From the NCBI GenBank assembly GCA_964524645.1, contig CAZGEC010000023.1, positions 618-64,617 of the forward strand: a stretch of DNA of 64,000 nucleotides, given 5' to 3'. Under the pieces are notes generated by a model. That model was not told the origin of the DNA, searched no databases, and saw only the letters and a program-made list of their open reading frames with translations. Origin of the DNA: an uncultured Fibrobacteraceae bacterium (GTDB lineage: Bacteria; Krumholzibacteriota; Krumholzibacteriia; LZORAL124-64-63). Shown in pieces: positions 48,801 through 58,327 of the stretch; position 1 is the first letter of the stretch; every line of letters begins with the position of its first letter. The position numbers were made by a program, and so were the translations under genes.

Positions 48801-49616
48801 ATGGCAGCACAGGAAATGGATCGCTCCCTGGGTGAGCTGGCGACGGAATATCCCATGCTGGCGGCCCTCTTCGACGAGCTGGGTCTGGACTACTGCTGCG
48901 GGGGCCAGCAGGCGCTCGCGGAGGCGGGTGCCGAGCGCGGACTGGACCTGTCGTTGCTGGCCCAGCGCGTTCGGGACGGGATCAGGGCCAGCGATCGCGC
49001 GGCGGGCGGTGGCGGCGGCGTCCCGGAACCTCGCCTGCAGGAGATGAATCTCGCGCAGCTCGTGGATCACATCGAGAGCACGCACCATGTCTATCTGCGA
49101 GACGAGCTGCCCCGCATGGCCCAGCTCCTGAAAAAGGTGCAGACGGTTCACGGCGAGCGCCATCCGGAGCTGAAGCAGGTCGCCTCCGTGTTCACGCAGC
49201 TGGCCGCCGAGCTGATGGAGCACATGCATAAGGAGGAACGCATCCTCTTTCCGGCCATCCGCCGCTTCGCGGGAGCCCGAGCGCCGGGGTCCGAGGCTGC
49301 AGGAGCCGGGGCTGCGGGATCCATGGCGGCCGGGCCCGGGACGGTAGGGCCCAGGACGGCGCGGCCTGGACCCCTGGGACTGGCCATGCCGATCCGGGTG
49401 ATGGAGAACGAGCACGAAGGCGCGGGCCGGGCGCTCGAAAGTCTGCGCCGCCTGACCGGTGGCTATGCCACGCCCCCGGACGGTTGCGCCAGCTGGCGAG
49501 GGCTCATGGATGCCATGGTGCGGCTCGAGCAGGATCTGCACCGTCACATCCACGCCGAGAACAACGTGCTCTTTCCGCGCACCCTGGCGCTGGAGAGCGG
49601 GGACGCCGGAACGTAG
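48801..49616 (+). CDS. ric: Iron-sulfur cluster repair di-iron protein Ric/ScdA/YtfE
   Basis: LDYCCGG, HIESTHH, HM.KEE.ILFP, MENEHE, DLHRHIHAENNVLFP. Confidence 0.93.
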   Translation: MAAQEMDRSLGELATEYPMLAALFDELGLDYCCGGQQALAEAGAERGLDLSLLAQRVRDGIRASDRAAGGGGGVPEPRLQEMNLAQLVDHIESTHHVYLRDELPRMAQLLKKVQTVHGERHPELKQVASVFTQLAAELMEHMHKEERILFPAIRRFAGARAPGSEAAGAGAAGSMAAGPGTVGPRTARPGPLGLAMPIRVMENEHEGAGRALESLRRLTGGYATPPDGCASWRGLMDAMVRLEQDLHRHIHAENNVLFPRTLALESGDAGT

Positions 49617-49727
49617 CCCGGCCGTGTGATCGCGAACTTCGCGGCACGACCGGAATATTCTGCTTGCACGGGGCGACGTTGACGTATATGCCTGGATGGT
49701 CGCGTCGGATACGATGGAGCGTCCGCC

Positions 49728-50975
49728 GTGCCGGGGAAGGATCCCGTGGCCCCTACGCGCGCACTCCGTGTTGCGATCTACATGCTGATCTGGGTGGCCG
49801 CTCTCGCGGTCAGCTTCCTGGCCTCGCATCTCGACTGGTGGCGGCAGACCGGCATCCATCCGCTGGTGCTGGTCGCCTCGATCCTGCCCGCCTTCTACCT
49901 GGCGCTCCTCGTTCACGAGCTCGGGCACCTGGGGGCCGGACTGGCGGCGGGTTTCCGGTTCCTGAGCCTGAGCTGGGGCCGGCTGGTCCTCTGCCGGGCT
50001 CCGCAGCGGCTGCGCCTGCGCTGGCTGCCCGAGGCCGAGCCGTACGGGGGGCTCTGCGCCTGCCTGCCGGTCGATGACGGCCGTCTGCGCTGGCGCTATG
50101 CGCTCTTCATCGCCGGCGGTCCCCTGGCCAGTCTCCTGCTGGCGGGAGGGGGCGCCGCGGCATTGGCGGCAGGGCTGTGCGGCAGGGGTGTCGGGGCGAC
50201 CCTGGCGCTCGTCGTGTCGTCCGCTTCCCTGGTGGTTCTCGGCAGCGCCGCGATACCGCACCGGCATAGTGGGGTGCCGACCGATGCTGCACGCCTCGGT
50301 CAGGTGCTGCACGGGGGGCCGCAGAAGGAGCGGTTCTGTGCCCTGGGTCTGCTCGCCGGCCTGCTGCGCACCAACCTGCGGCCTCGCGAGTGGAGCCGCG
50401 CGCTACTCGCGCGCGCCCTCGCCCATCCCGATGGCTCCGACGAGCATGCGACGGCCTGTCTCTACGCGCACATCTGGGCCAAGGACCGCGGCGATCCGGC
50501 GGGAGCCGGCCGCTATCTCGACCTGGCGGGCGAGGATCTGGCGACGCGGTCGCGGGCCTTCCAGGTGGCCTTCGCTCTCTGTGCCGCCCCCTTCGAGGCG
50601 ATGGTGCGCGGCAACGGGGCGGCGGCCAGGGCCTGGCTGGCCGGGATCGAGACCGGCAGCATGCCCGACCGGCACGATCTCCTGATGGCCGAGGCGGCGG
50701 TCCTGCTGGTCGAGGGGCGCCGGGTCGAGGCCCGTGCCCGGGCCGCGGCCGGCCTGGCCCAGATGCCGCGGGATTCGGCGCTGGGCTTGCACCGCATGGA
50801 CGAGGAAGGGCTGCGGGCGGTGATGGCGCTGGCGGGCGGGCGGCCTCCGCGCCGGACCGGCCGCGTCCGCCCGCTCAGTCCAGGTGGATCGGCAGGTCGA
50901 AGCGCAGGCCCCGGGGGGCCTCGTCGTCCAGCCAGAGCATCTGGAGGCTCAGGCTGCTGTCCGGCTCCACGCTGA
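49728..50975 (+). CDS. M50 (site-2 protease) family membrane metallopeptidase with a helical C-terminus
   Basis: VHELGH, AGGPLAS, PTDA; TM helices; the last ~33 codons overlap the convergent gene. Confidence 0.7.
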   Translation: MPGKDPVAPTRALRVAIYMLIWVAALAVSFLASHLDWWRQTGIHPLVLVASILPAFYLALLVHELGHLGAGLAAGFRFLSLSWGRLVLCRAPQRLRLRWLPEAEPYGGLCACLPVDDGRLRWRYALFIAGGPLASLLLAGGGAAALAAGLCGRGVGATLALVVSSASLVVLGSAAIPHRHSGVPTDAARLGQVLHGGPQKERFCALGLLAGLLRTNLRPREWSRALLARALAHPDGSDEHATACLYAHIWAKDRGDPAGAGRYLDLAGEDLATRSRAFQVAFALCAAPFEAMVRGNGAAARAWLAGIETGSMPDRHDLLMAEAAVLLVEGRRVEARARAAAGLAQMPRDSALGLHRMDEEGLRAVMALAGGRPPRRTGRVRPLSPGGSAGRSAGPGGPRRPARASGGSGCCPAPR

Positions 50976-52062
50976 AGATGCCGCTCTGATCGGCCTGCGT
51001 TCCGGTCATGGCTTCTTCCTGGACGATCCGGTACTCCGCGAGATGAGTCCACCCGTCCTTCGTCAGCTGCTCGTCTTCGTGGCCGGCGATATCCCGGGCC
51101 CGGCGAGCCCCGGCGCCGAACCACAGGAAGCTGGGACGGGGACGGCCCGACAGGTTGATGAGCCGCAGGCGGCGTCCATCGGCGAGGCGCGTCAGCAGGA
51201 AGCGCTCGTGCGTATGGGTGTCGCCGCAGAACACCAGATCCACGCCGCCGTCCAGCAGCAGGTCCACGAACCGCCGCCCTTCCCAGGTCATCTGCCACAG
51301 GCGGATCGCATCGTCTCGGTGCTTCGGAGCCGATTGCAGGAAGGGATGGTGCATCACCACTGCGGTGATGGGAACGCCATCCGTCTCTTTCAGCTGCCTC
51401 GTCAGCCAGGCGAGCTGCGCGGCGGCGCGGCTTCGCGGCACGAGTCCGCCGGCGCTCTCGCCGCGACCGTCGGGGCCGTAGACCCAGTCGTTGCTGTCCA
51501 GGAAGAGCAGGCACAGCGGGCCGATGTCCTGGCGATAATAGAGCCGGTCCACCGAGAGGTCCGGATCGAGGCTGGAAAGCAAGACCGCCGTGTTCTCGCG
51601 CGCCCGCCCCGGGAGGTTGTTGTTCACGTCGTGATTGCCGGCGGCCGCCAGGTAGGGCAGCCCGGCTACCGGCTGCAGGATGCCGTGCAGCTCGGCGAAC
51701 TGATCGCTGTACTCGCCGTTCCGCACCATGTCCCCCGTGTCGACCAGGAACAGCAGCCGGCGGTCGTGCGCGGCCCGCTCCGCCAGGCCGGCCAGGAGCC
51801 GCTGCCACTCCCCATCGGCCAGGGCACGCTGATCACCGTAGACGGCGAAGCTGAATCCCTGCTCCAGACCGGGCTGGAGGCCGGCGACCGCCGCCGCCAG
51901 CGCGGGATGGTCGAGGGGCTCCACCGGCCGCTCCGAGGTCCTGGTCCAGGGGCCGTAAACCGGCGTGCAGCTCGCGAGCGGGATCAGCGTCGCCAGGGAA
52001 ACCAGCACGAGAAGGCGGACCGGCCGGTGCAGACCGGAGCGGCTCGGGGGCCATGAATCCAT
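50875..52062 (-). CDS. Calcineurin-like metallophosphoesterase, putative lipoprotein
   Basis: YGDQR, DTGDMV, GNHD, MHHP, CGDTHTHE; lipobox-like LASC. Confidence 0.85.
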   Translation of the reverse strand: MDSWPPSRSGLHRPVRLLVLVSLATLIPLASCTPVYGPWTRTSERPVEPLDHPALAAAVAGLQPGLEQGFSFAVYGDQRALADGEWQRLLAGLAERAAHDRRLLFLVDTGDMVRNGEYSDQFAELHGILQPVAGLPYLAAAGNHDVNNNLPGRARENTAVLLSSLDPDLSVDRLYYRQDIGPLCLLFLDSNDWVYGPDGRGESAGGLVPRSRAAAQLAWLTRQLKETDGVPITAVVMHHPFLQSAPKHRDDAIRLWQMTWEGRRFVDLLLDGGVDLVFCGDTHTHERFLLTRLADGRRLRLINLSGRPRPSFLWFGAGARRARDIAGHEDEQLTKDGWTHLAEYRIVQEEAMTGTQADQSGIFSVEPDSSLSLQMLWLDDEAPRGLRFDLPIHLD

Positions 52063-52186
52063 GACGGGATGCTCCTCCAGGGAAACGTTGCGGGACGGCT
52101 CTCGGGATCAGTATAGAGGCAAATCAGCTCGCCGCATGGACCTCGGTCGGCCGGTCCGGCAGCGGCGGTGAGAGGACATATGGCCT

Positions 52187-54892
52187 TTATCGCAGCAGGA
52201 GCATCTTGCGCGTCCGGGAGCGGCCGTCCAGCTCGAGCCGGTAGAGATAGGCTCCACTCGGCAGGGCGCGGCCCCGGTCGTCGCGGCCGTCCCAGTCGAC
52301 GGCGTGGGAGCCGGGTGACTGCCGGGACTGCACCAGCGTGCGCACGCAGCGTCCCGCCAGGTCGAAAACGGCCAGCCGGACCATCCCCTCCCGCGACAGC
52401 TGGTAGGCGATGGTGGTCCGCGGGTTGAAGGGGTTGGGCTGGTTGGCGGCCAGCACGAAGGGCGGGGTCGCCGGGACGGCCTCCGGCACGGCCGTGAGCG
52501 TCGAGAGCAGCGGGCGCTCGTAGACCCCGTTGCCGTGGGTCGCGGCGCGCAGTTCGTGGCTCGCCAGCGAGATCGTCAGGTCGATGACCATCACGGCTTC
52601 CGGCAGCCCCAGGCCGTAGTCGTCCCAGGTGTCGCCGCCGTCCCGCGAGACGAAGATCCCCAGATCGTTGCCCACGTAGACGTGAGAGGTCGCGAACGGG
52701 TCCACGACCACGCTGGAGGTGGGCACGTCGGGCAGGCCCGCGCCGATGTCGTCCCAGGTGTCGCCGCCGTCCAGGGACCGGAACACGTGCGAGGTGCCGA
52801 AGCCGGAGGCGGTCAGGAAGACGATGTCGGGATCGAAGGGATGGATGCACAGCCCCACGAGGTAGCGGTCCGGCAGGGTGCCGGTGACGTTCTGCCAGGA
52901 GGCGGCCCCGTCGGTGGTGCGGAACACGCCGGCACGCGTGACCGTCGGGGCCGTCGTCACGTAGACCCGCTGGGGATCGGTCAGCGCCACGTCCAGGGAG
53001 AGCGCCGGGTTGCCGTCCAGGTCCTGGTTGGCGTTGGTCACGCTCCAGTTCACGCCCCCGTTGATGGACTTGTAGATACGGCTGCGGCCGGCGTAGATGG
53101 TGCCGGGCGCCTGCGGGCCGCTCACGGCGTAAGGCGCGATGAAGCCCGTGGTTCCCTGTTCGGGCGGCGTGATCTCGAACCAGCTCGCACCGGAGTTGGT
53201 GGACTTGAAGAGCATGAGGTACTGGGCCGTGCCGTAGAGCGTGCTGTCGGTCACGGGATCGATGGCGGCCCAGCCGCCGTCTCCCCCGATCAGGCGATAC
53301 CAGGCATCCAGGCCGACGTAGAGGCCGGTGGAGTTGTCCTGCATGCCGCCGATGGCCCAGCTGGAGTCATGCCAGGAGCTGCAGAAGCCGGGATAGAACT
53401 GCGCGGTCTGCAGGCCGCCGTTGCAGCCAGCGAAGGTCTCGCCGCCGTCCAGCGAGCGGAACACGCCCCCATCGTTGGCGAGGTAGATCACGTCGTGATC
53501 CACCGGGTGGAAGACGAGGTCGTGGTGGTCGGCGTGGGAGAAGCTGGGCGGCCCCTCGGGTTCGCCGGGCAGCACGAGGCCGAAGTAGGCGGCCTCCCAG
53601 TCCGACTTCTGCTGGAGGTTCGCGCCTCCCGCGGTGGACTTCCAGACGTCCACGCCGACGGCGATCACGATGCTCGGGTCGTCCGGGTGGATCGCCACGT
53701 CGTGGGAGAACCAGCCCTGCCAGAGGGAGTAGTCCTGGCTGGAGGGACGGGTCCAGGTGTCGCCGTTGTCCTCGCTGCGGACGAGCCAGGTGGCGTTGCC
53801 GCCCAGGCCGCCGTTGCCGATGCTGGCCATCACGACGTTGGGCTGGGACTCGCAGATCGAGAGCAGCGCCTTGCCCCGGTAGATGCTGGGCACGATGTAG
53901 AGCTGCTCCATCTTGGTCCAGCTCTGCCCGCCGTCCAGGGTGCGGTACAGCCCGTGGCCCGGGCTGTTCAGGTTGCCGCAGGCGGCGAACACGGTGTCCG
54001 TATGGGCCGGGTTGATCACGATGTCGGTGGTCATGACGACAGCGTGCACGTGTTGCCAGGTGAGGCCCGCGTCCCCGGACCTGTAGATGCCCTCGGTCGT
54101 GCCGGCCCAGACCACCTCCGGGCGCTTGGGATCGACGCGGATCACCTGCACGCCCCGCTCCTGATGGTAGGACCAGTCCAGGCTCTTCGCCCAGGTCCGC
54201 CCGCCGTCCTCGCTCTTGAGGATGCCGATGCCGTAGCTTCCCCGGGCCAGCCGCTCGGTGATGCCGCCGGTCGAGCTCTGGTAGCCGTAGACCTCGCCCG
54301 TCCCGATGTACAGCACGTTCGAGTCGCCGGGGGCGAAGGCGATGGCGCCCACGCCCGGCACCGGGTGACCCGTGGGCACGTACTCCCAGGCATCGGCGCC
54401 CACGCCGGCGGTGAAGCTGCGCCAGAGCCCGCCGCTGGCCGCGCCCGCGTAGATGGTGCGGGGATTCTGGGGATTGCAGGCGAGCGCCAGCATGCGGCCG
54501 GCGATGTTGCGGGGACCGATGGGCCGCCAGGGCCGTGCGCCGCGCCCCTTGGCCTGCGGCTCGCGGAACCTGGTCTTGACGAGGTCGAAGGCCTCGCTGT
54601 AACCCCGGGCGGGAAACGTGTCGCGGGGGTAGGCGCGCTGGCCGGCCCAGTAGACGAGGGACTGCAGGGCGCCGGAAGTGCGATGCGGCTCGCCGGCGGA
54701 TTCCTCCCGGCCCTCGTCCTCCCGGATGACCGGATTCAACCGCGCCGGCAAGGGACCAGGATGGGCCACGCCATCCCGGGATCCGGCCGTCGGCTCGGTG
54801 AGCGGTGAGGCGGGGGACAGGATCAACCAGGAGAAGACCGTCAGACCCAGCAGCGAAGCGAGGAGCACGGCCAGCTTGCCGAGGTGCTTCAT
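52187..54892 (-). CDS. Secreted BNR/Asp-box repeat (sortilin/VPS10-like) protein with FlgD-Ig/T9SS-like C-terminal domain
   Basis: Many SxDGGxTW repeats, HADHH, NDGGVFRS, ATHGNG; PNPFNP...SGAYLYRL C-terminal domain. Confidence 0.85.
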   Translation of the reverse strand: MKHLGKLAVLLASLLGLTVFSWLILSPASPLTEPTAGSRDGVAHPGPLPARLNPVIREDEGREESAGEPHRTSGALQSLVYWAGQRAYPRDTFPARGYSEAFDLVKTRFREPQAKGRGARPWRPIGPRNIAGRMLALACNPQNPRTIYAGAASGGLWRSFTAGVGADAWEYVPTGHPVPGVGAIAFAPGDSNVLYIGTGEVYGYQSSTGGITERLARGSYGIGILKSEDGGRTWAKSLDWSYHQERGVQVIRVDPKRPEVVWAGTTEGIYRSGDAGLTWQHVHAVVMTTDIVINPAHTDTVFAACGNLNSPGHGLYRTLDGGQSWTKMEQLYIVPSIYRGKALLSICESQPNVVMASIGNGGLGGNATWLVRSEDNGDTWTRPSSQDYSLWQGWFSHDVAIHPDDPSIVIAVGVDVWKSTAGGANLQQKSDWEAAYFGLVLPGEPEGPPSFSHADHHDLVFHPVDHDVIYLANDGGVFRSLDGGETFAGCNGGLQTAQFYPGFCSSWHDSSWAIGGMQDNSTGLYVGLDAWYRLIGGDGGWAAIDPVTDSTLYGTAQYLMLFKSTNSGASWFEITPPEQGTTGFIAPYAVSGPQAPGTIYAGRSRIYKSINGGVNWSVTNANQDLDGNPALSLDVALTDPQRVYVTTAPTVTRAGVFRTTDGAASWQNVTGTLPDRYLVGLCIHPFDPDIVFLTASGFGTSHVFRSLDGGDTWDDIGAGLPDVPTSSVVVDPFATSHVYVGNDLGIFVSRDGGDTWDDYGLGLPEAVMVIDLTISLASHELRAATHGNGVYERPLLSTLTAVPEAVPATPPFVLAANQPNPFNPRTTIAYQLSREGMVRLAVFDLAGRCVRTLVQSRQSPGSHAVDWDGRDDRGRALPSGAYLYRLELDGRSRTRKMLLLR

Positions 54893-55050
54893 GAATCGAG
54901 CCTCCGGATGCGAGCGGTATCTCGCGGAGCTTTGCCGGGGGCCGTTTCTGCGCTATAAGTCTACGGAGCCCGCCGGCGGGCGGCAATGACGCGGCAGCCG
55001 GGGAATCGGTTCAACCAGCGGACTCGAGGAAGTCGGAGGCTGCGGAGGAC

Positions 55051-57135
55051 GTGAAGCGGAGGGTTGGCTTCTGGGGGCTGCTTTTCGGGCTGGGACTTCA
55101 AGGTGGCCTGCCGGTCCAGGCGCTGCCGGCCCCGGCGGAGAGCGGAGCGACCTTGCCGGACGAGGCGGGGCCCTGGATCGTGACGGCGACGGGCGACACT
55201 CTCGACCTGACCCCGGAGATCCTGGTCACCGCCCCGCTGGTCCAGACCGCCGATCCCGAGCGGGTCCTGCTGAGCGAGTCCGTGATCGGGTCCCGGGGCG
55301 CCTGGACGGTCGCCGACGTGGGGCCGCTGCTGCCGGACACCCGCGTGGCCGTCAACTCGCGCGGCGAGACCCTCTTCATGATCCGTGGCGCGCCGGAGCG
55401 CCATGTCCGCCTCGAGCTGGACGGCATCCCCCTGGTCGTGCCCTGGGACGATCGTGCCGATCTAAGCACCATTCCCATCGATGCCATCGGTACCGTCCGC
55501 GCCGTGCGCGGCGTGGGCAGCGTCCTGGACGAGCCCGAGGCGCTGGCCGGCACGGTGGAGCTGCTGCCGGTGGAGCTGGATCGGGACGGTGAGCGGACCC
55601 GGCTGAGCGGGTACCTGGGGGAGATCGAGCTGCACGAGGGCCGGCTGCTGCACCAGCGGCGGTGGGGATCCTGGAGCCTCGTCGCGGCGCTGGCCCGTCG
55701 CGAGCGGCACGGCTTCCCGGTTCCCGAGGATCTGGATGCTCCCTTCAACCAGAGCGGCGGCCGCGTGCGCACCAACAGCGATCTCGAGCAGACCACGCTG
55801 CTGCTGCACGCGATGCACCGGCTGGGACGTGGCGGCCGTCTGCGCCTGATCTTCCAGGGAACGGACGGCTCGCGCGGCGTGCCGCCCGAGACGCACCTGG
55901 CCGAGGGCGCCCGCTTCTGGCGCTATCCCCTGCAACGCCGTGGCCTGCTCGGGCTCGCCCTCTCCCTGCCCCTGGACGGCGCCGCGCTCTGGAACCTGCA
56001 GGCCAGCGCGTCGGCCGATCTCTTCCAGCAGGACATCCGCTCCTTCGACGACGCCACCTACGGTGGCCCGCCCCTGGTGCCGGGCGTGGACTTCGAGCAG
56101 GACCGCGACGCCACCGCCTTCGGCCGCCTGCGGGTGACGCGCCAGCTCGGGAACGCGTCCGCCCTGGCCGTGCAGGGTCTGGTCCGCGCCACCCGTCATC
56201 GCGAGATCCTGGTGGTCGATGGGCCGCAGGAGCAGTACTCGCAGGTCCTGGTTTCCCTGACCGGCGAGCTGCGCACCCGGCTCGCGGACGCGTGGGAGCT
56301 GCAGACGGGCGCGGGATGGGAGAGCGCCGCCACGCCCCGAACGGGGGACAAGCCGGGCCGGGACGCCACCGATGCCGTCGTGCTGCAGCTGCGCCTCGCG
56401 CACCGGGTCACGCCGGGACTGCGCTTCCAGGGCAGCCTCTCGCGGCGCAGCCGCTTCCCCTCGCTGCGCGAGATGTTCTCCGGAGCCCTGGGCCGCTTCG
56501 TGCCCAATCCCGGCCTGGGACCGGAAAGGCAGGACCTGCTGGACCTGGGAGCCCTGGCGAACGGACGGCGCTGGACGCTGGCCGTGAGCGGCTTTGCCAG
56601 CTGGGTGAGCGGGGGGATCGAGAAGGTGGCGGTCTCGACCGGAACCCAGCAGTTCACCCGGATGAACGTGGACCGGCTGCGCACGCTCGGACTCGAGACG
56701 GTGGCGACCTGGCAGCCGCGGCGGGGCCTGGATCTCTCCCTGCAACATGCCGTGCTGCAGGCCCGGCGCCGCGTGGACGACGCCTACGACGGGGCCGCCG
56801 AGGATCGTCCCGGCTGGCTGACCACAGTGGCCGCCACCTGGCACGCCGCACCCGGCCCTCTGCTCCGTCTCGAGTTCGAGGGCGTGGGTCCCCGCGAGTC
56901 GGCCGATGTCACGGATGCGGAGGACGGGCTGCATCGCCTGCCGGCGCAAGTCCGCTGGAACCTGCGCATCGGCTACGAGCTTGGCCGCCCGGGGGGCCGG
57001 AGCCTGGGTGCGGAGATCTCGTGCCGGCTGGATAACGTCTTCGATCAGCGCCTGGATTCGCAGGTGGGCCTTCCCGAGCCGGGACGCACCTTCCTGGCCG
57101 GGGCGAGCCTGCAGTGGGACCGGCCCGCACGCTGA
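55051..57135 (+). CDS. TonB-dependent receptor
   Basis: TonB-box-like EILVTA; plug (IRG, LDGIP, I..V.AVRG); barrel strands; RFPSLRE; LDNVFD, PGRTF near the C-terminus. Confidence 0.88.
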   Translation: MKRRVGFWGLLFGLGLQGGLPVQALPAPAESGATLPDEAGPWIVTATGDTLDLTPEILVTAPLVQTADPERVLLSESVIGSRGAWTVADVGPLLPDTRVAVNSRGETLFMIRGAPERHVRLELDGIPLVVPWDDRADLSTIPIDAIGTVRAVRGVGSVLDEPEALAGTVELLPVELDRDGERTRLSGYLGEIELHEGRLLHQRRWGSWSLVAALARRERHGFPVPEDLDAPFNQSGGRVRTNSDLEQTTLLLHAMHRLGRGGRLRLIFQGTDGSRGVPPETHLAEGARFWRYPLQRRGLLGLALSLPLDGAALWNLQASASADLFQQDIRSFDDATYGGPPLVPGVDFEQDRDATAFGRLRVTRQLGNASALAVQGLVRATRHREILVVDGPQEQYSQVLVSLTGELRTRLADAWELQTGAGWESAATPRTGDKPGRDATDAVVLQLRLAHRVTPGLRFQGSLSRRSRFPSLREMFSGALGRFVPNPGLGPERQDLLDLGALANGRRWTLAVSGFASWVSGGIEKVAVSTGTQQFTRMNVDRLRTLGLETVATWQPRRGLDLSLQHAVLQARRRVDDAYDGAAEDRPGWLTTVAATWHAAPGPLLRLEFEGVGPRESADVTDAEDGLHRLPAQVRWNLRIGYELGRPGGRSLGAEISCRLDNVFDQRLDSQVGLPEPGRTFLAGASLQWDRPAR
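56652..56667. repeat. Intragenic copy of the 16 bp palindrome (GTTCACCCGGATGAAC)
   Basis: Exact reverse complement of 18556..18571 and 48568..48583. Confidence 0.7.
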
Positions 57136-57316
57136 TCGGGCCCGGGAGGTCACCGGCGGGGAGCGGCCCCCGCCATCTTGGATTATATTGATCGTGTATG
57201 AGCTGCCGCCCGGGAAACGCGCACCCGGGAGGCCTTGCAGGATTCGCCACGATCGCGACGCGAGGCAGGTCCCCCCCTTAACCTCCGTCTTGCGACGTCG
57301 ATCGTGGCGGTAACCG

Positions 57317-57343
57317 GGGCCCCGGTCCACAAGACCGGGGCCC
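57317..57343. terminator. 11 bp-stem hairpin between convergent genes
   Basis: GGGCCCCGGTC-cacaa-GACCGGGGCCC, 5 bp from the hydrolase stop codon. Confidence 0.55.
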
Positions 57344-57348
57344 GGCGT

Positions 57349-58161
57349 TTAGCCTTCCAGGAAATCCGCCAGCGCCGCCACGAACAGGTCCGGCTGGTCG
57401 ATGAAGGGCCAGTGTCCCGCGGGAGAGATGCCGAGCCAGTCGATGCCCGCCGCCCCGAGCAACTCCCGGGAGCGCTGACAGGCGCCGCCGGGCACGCCGG
57501 CCAGATAGCGGGTGGGCACGGGGAGGGCGGCCAGACGCCGGGCCAGGTCCTCGCGTTCGGAGGCGGTCACCAGCTCCCGGCTGTTGCGATGGTAGGCTCG
57601 CGGATCGGCCAGACACATGCTCGCGTGGTAACCCCGCTGGGCGGGATCGGTGAGGCCCTGGCGAAAGACCATCTCGCGTTGCTGCTCGAAACCCCGCCGC
57701 ACGAACATCGCGAGGGTCTGCTGGGCAACCTGGCCGCTGAACGTGCAATCGCCGAGGGACTTGTTGCCGTCCACGTCCACCAGGCCGCGCACCAGGCCGG
57801 GATGTCGTTCGCAGAAGAGCAGACCGGTCACCCCTCCCATGCTGTGACCCACCACGACGACCGGCGCCGCCTCGCGAACGGCGGGACAGGTCCGCAGCCA
57901 GTCCGCCAGCCAGTCCGCCTGCTCCCCGAGACCCAGCGGCTCGTTGCGCCAGGGGCTGCGCCCGTACCCCGGCAGGTCAGGGACGAGCAGGCGCCAGGTC
58001 CGCAGCCAGGGGTGACCGAACAGATGTTCGAAGCAGAGGCCCGATTCCCCCAGGCCATGGATCCAGAGCAGCGAGCCGCGTCGAGAGGCCACGTCGCGAT
58101 CACGGACGAACATGCCATGCTCGCAGCGATGCTCGCATGAGACGCCGTGCATCTCGGGCAT
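57349..58161 (-). CDS. Alpha/beta fold hydrolase
   Basis: IHGLGES, PDLPGYGRS, GHSMGG, AGHWPF; RBS GGGAGG. Confidence 0.9.
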   Translation of the reverse strand: MPEMHGVSCEHRCEHGMFVRDRDVASRRGSLLWIHGLGESGLCFEHLFGHPWLRTWRLLVPDLPGYGRSPWRNEPLGLGEQADWLADWLRTCPAVREAAPVVVVGHSMGGVTGLLFCERHPGLVRGLVDVDGNKSLGDCTFSGQVAQQTLAMFVRRGFEQQREMVFRQGLTDPAQRGYHASMCLADPRAYHRNSRELVTASEREDLARRLAALPVPTRYLAGVPGGACQRSRELLGAAGIDWLGISPAGHWPFIDQPDLFVAALADFLEG

Positions 58162-58327
58162 CGAGTCCGCCTCCCTTGCCGGAGCCGGCGGGGCCCATTC
58201 CACTCTCCCCGCTCATCCTTCAGTATGATACCCTGGCGGTCCGGCGGCAAATGGACACCGGTGTCCGTCCGGGCCCCAGCGGCGGCCCGGGCGCCTTACC
58301 GGTCTACCCATCATGAGGAGGTCTGAC

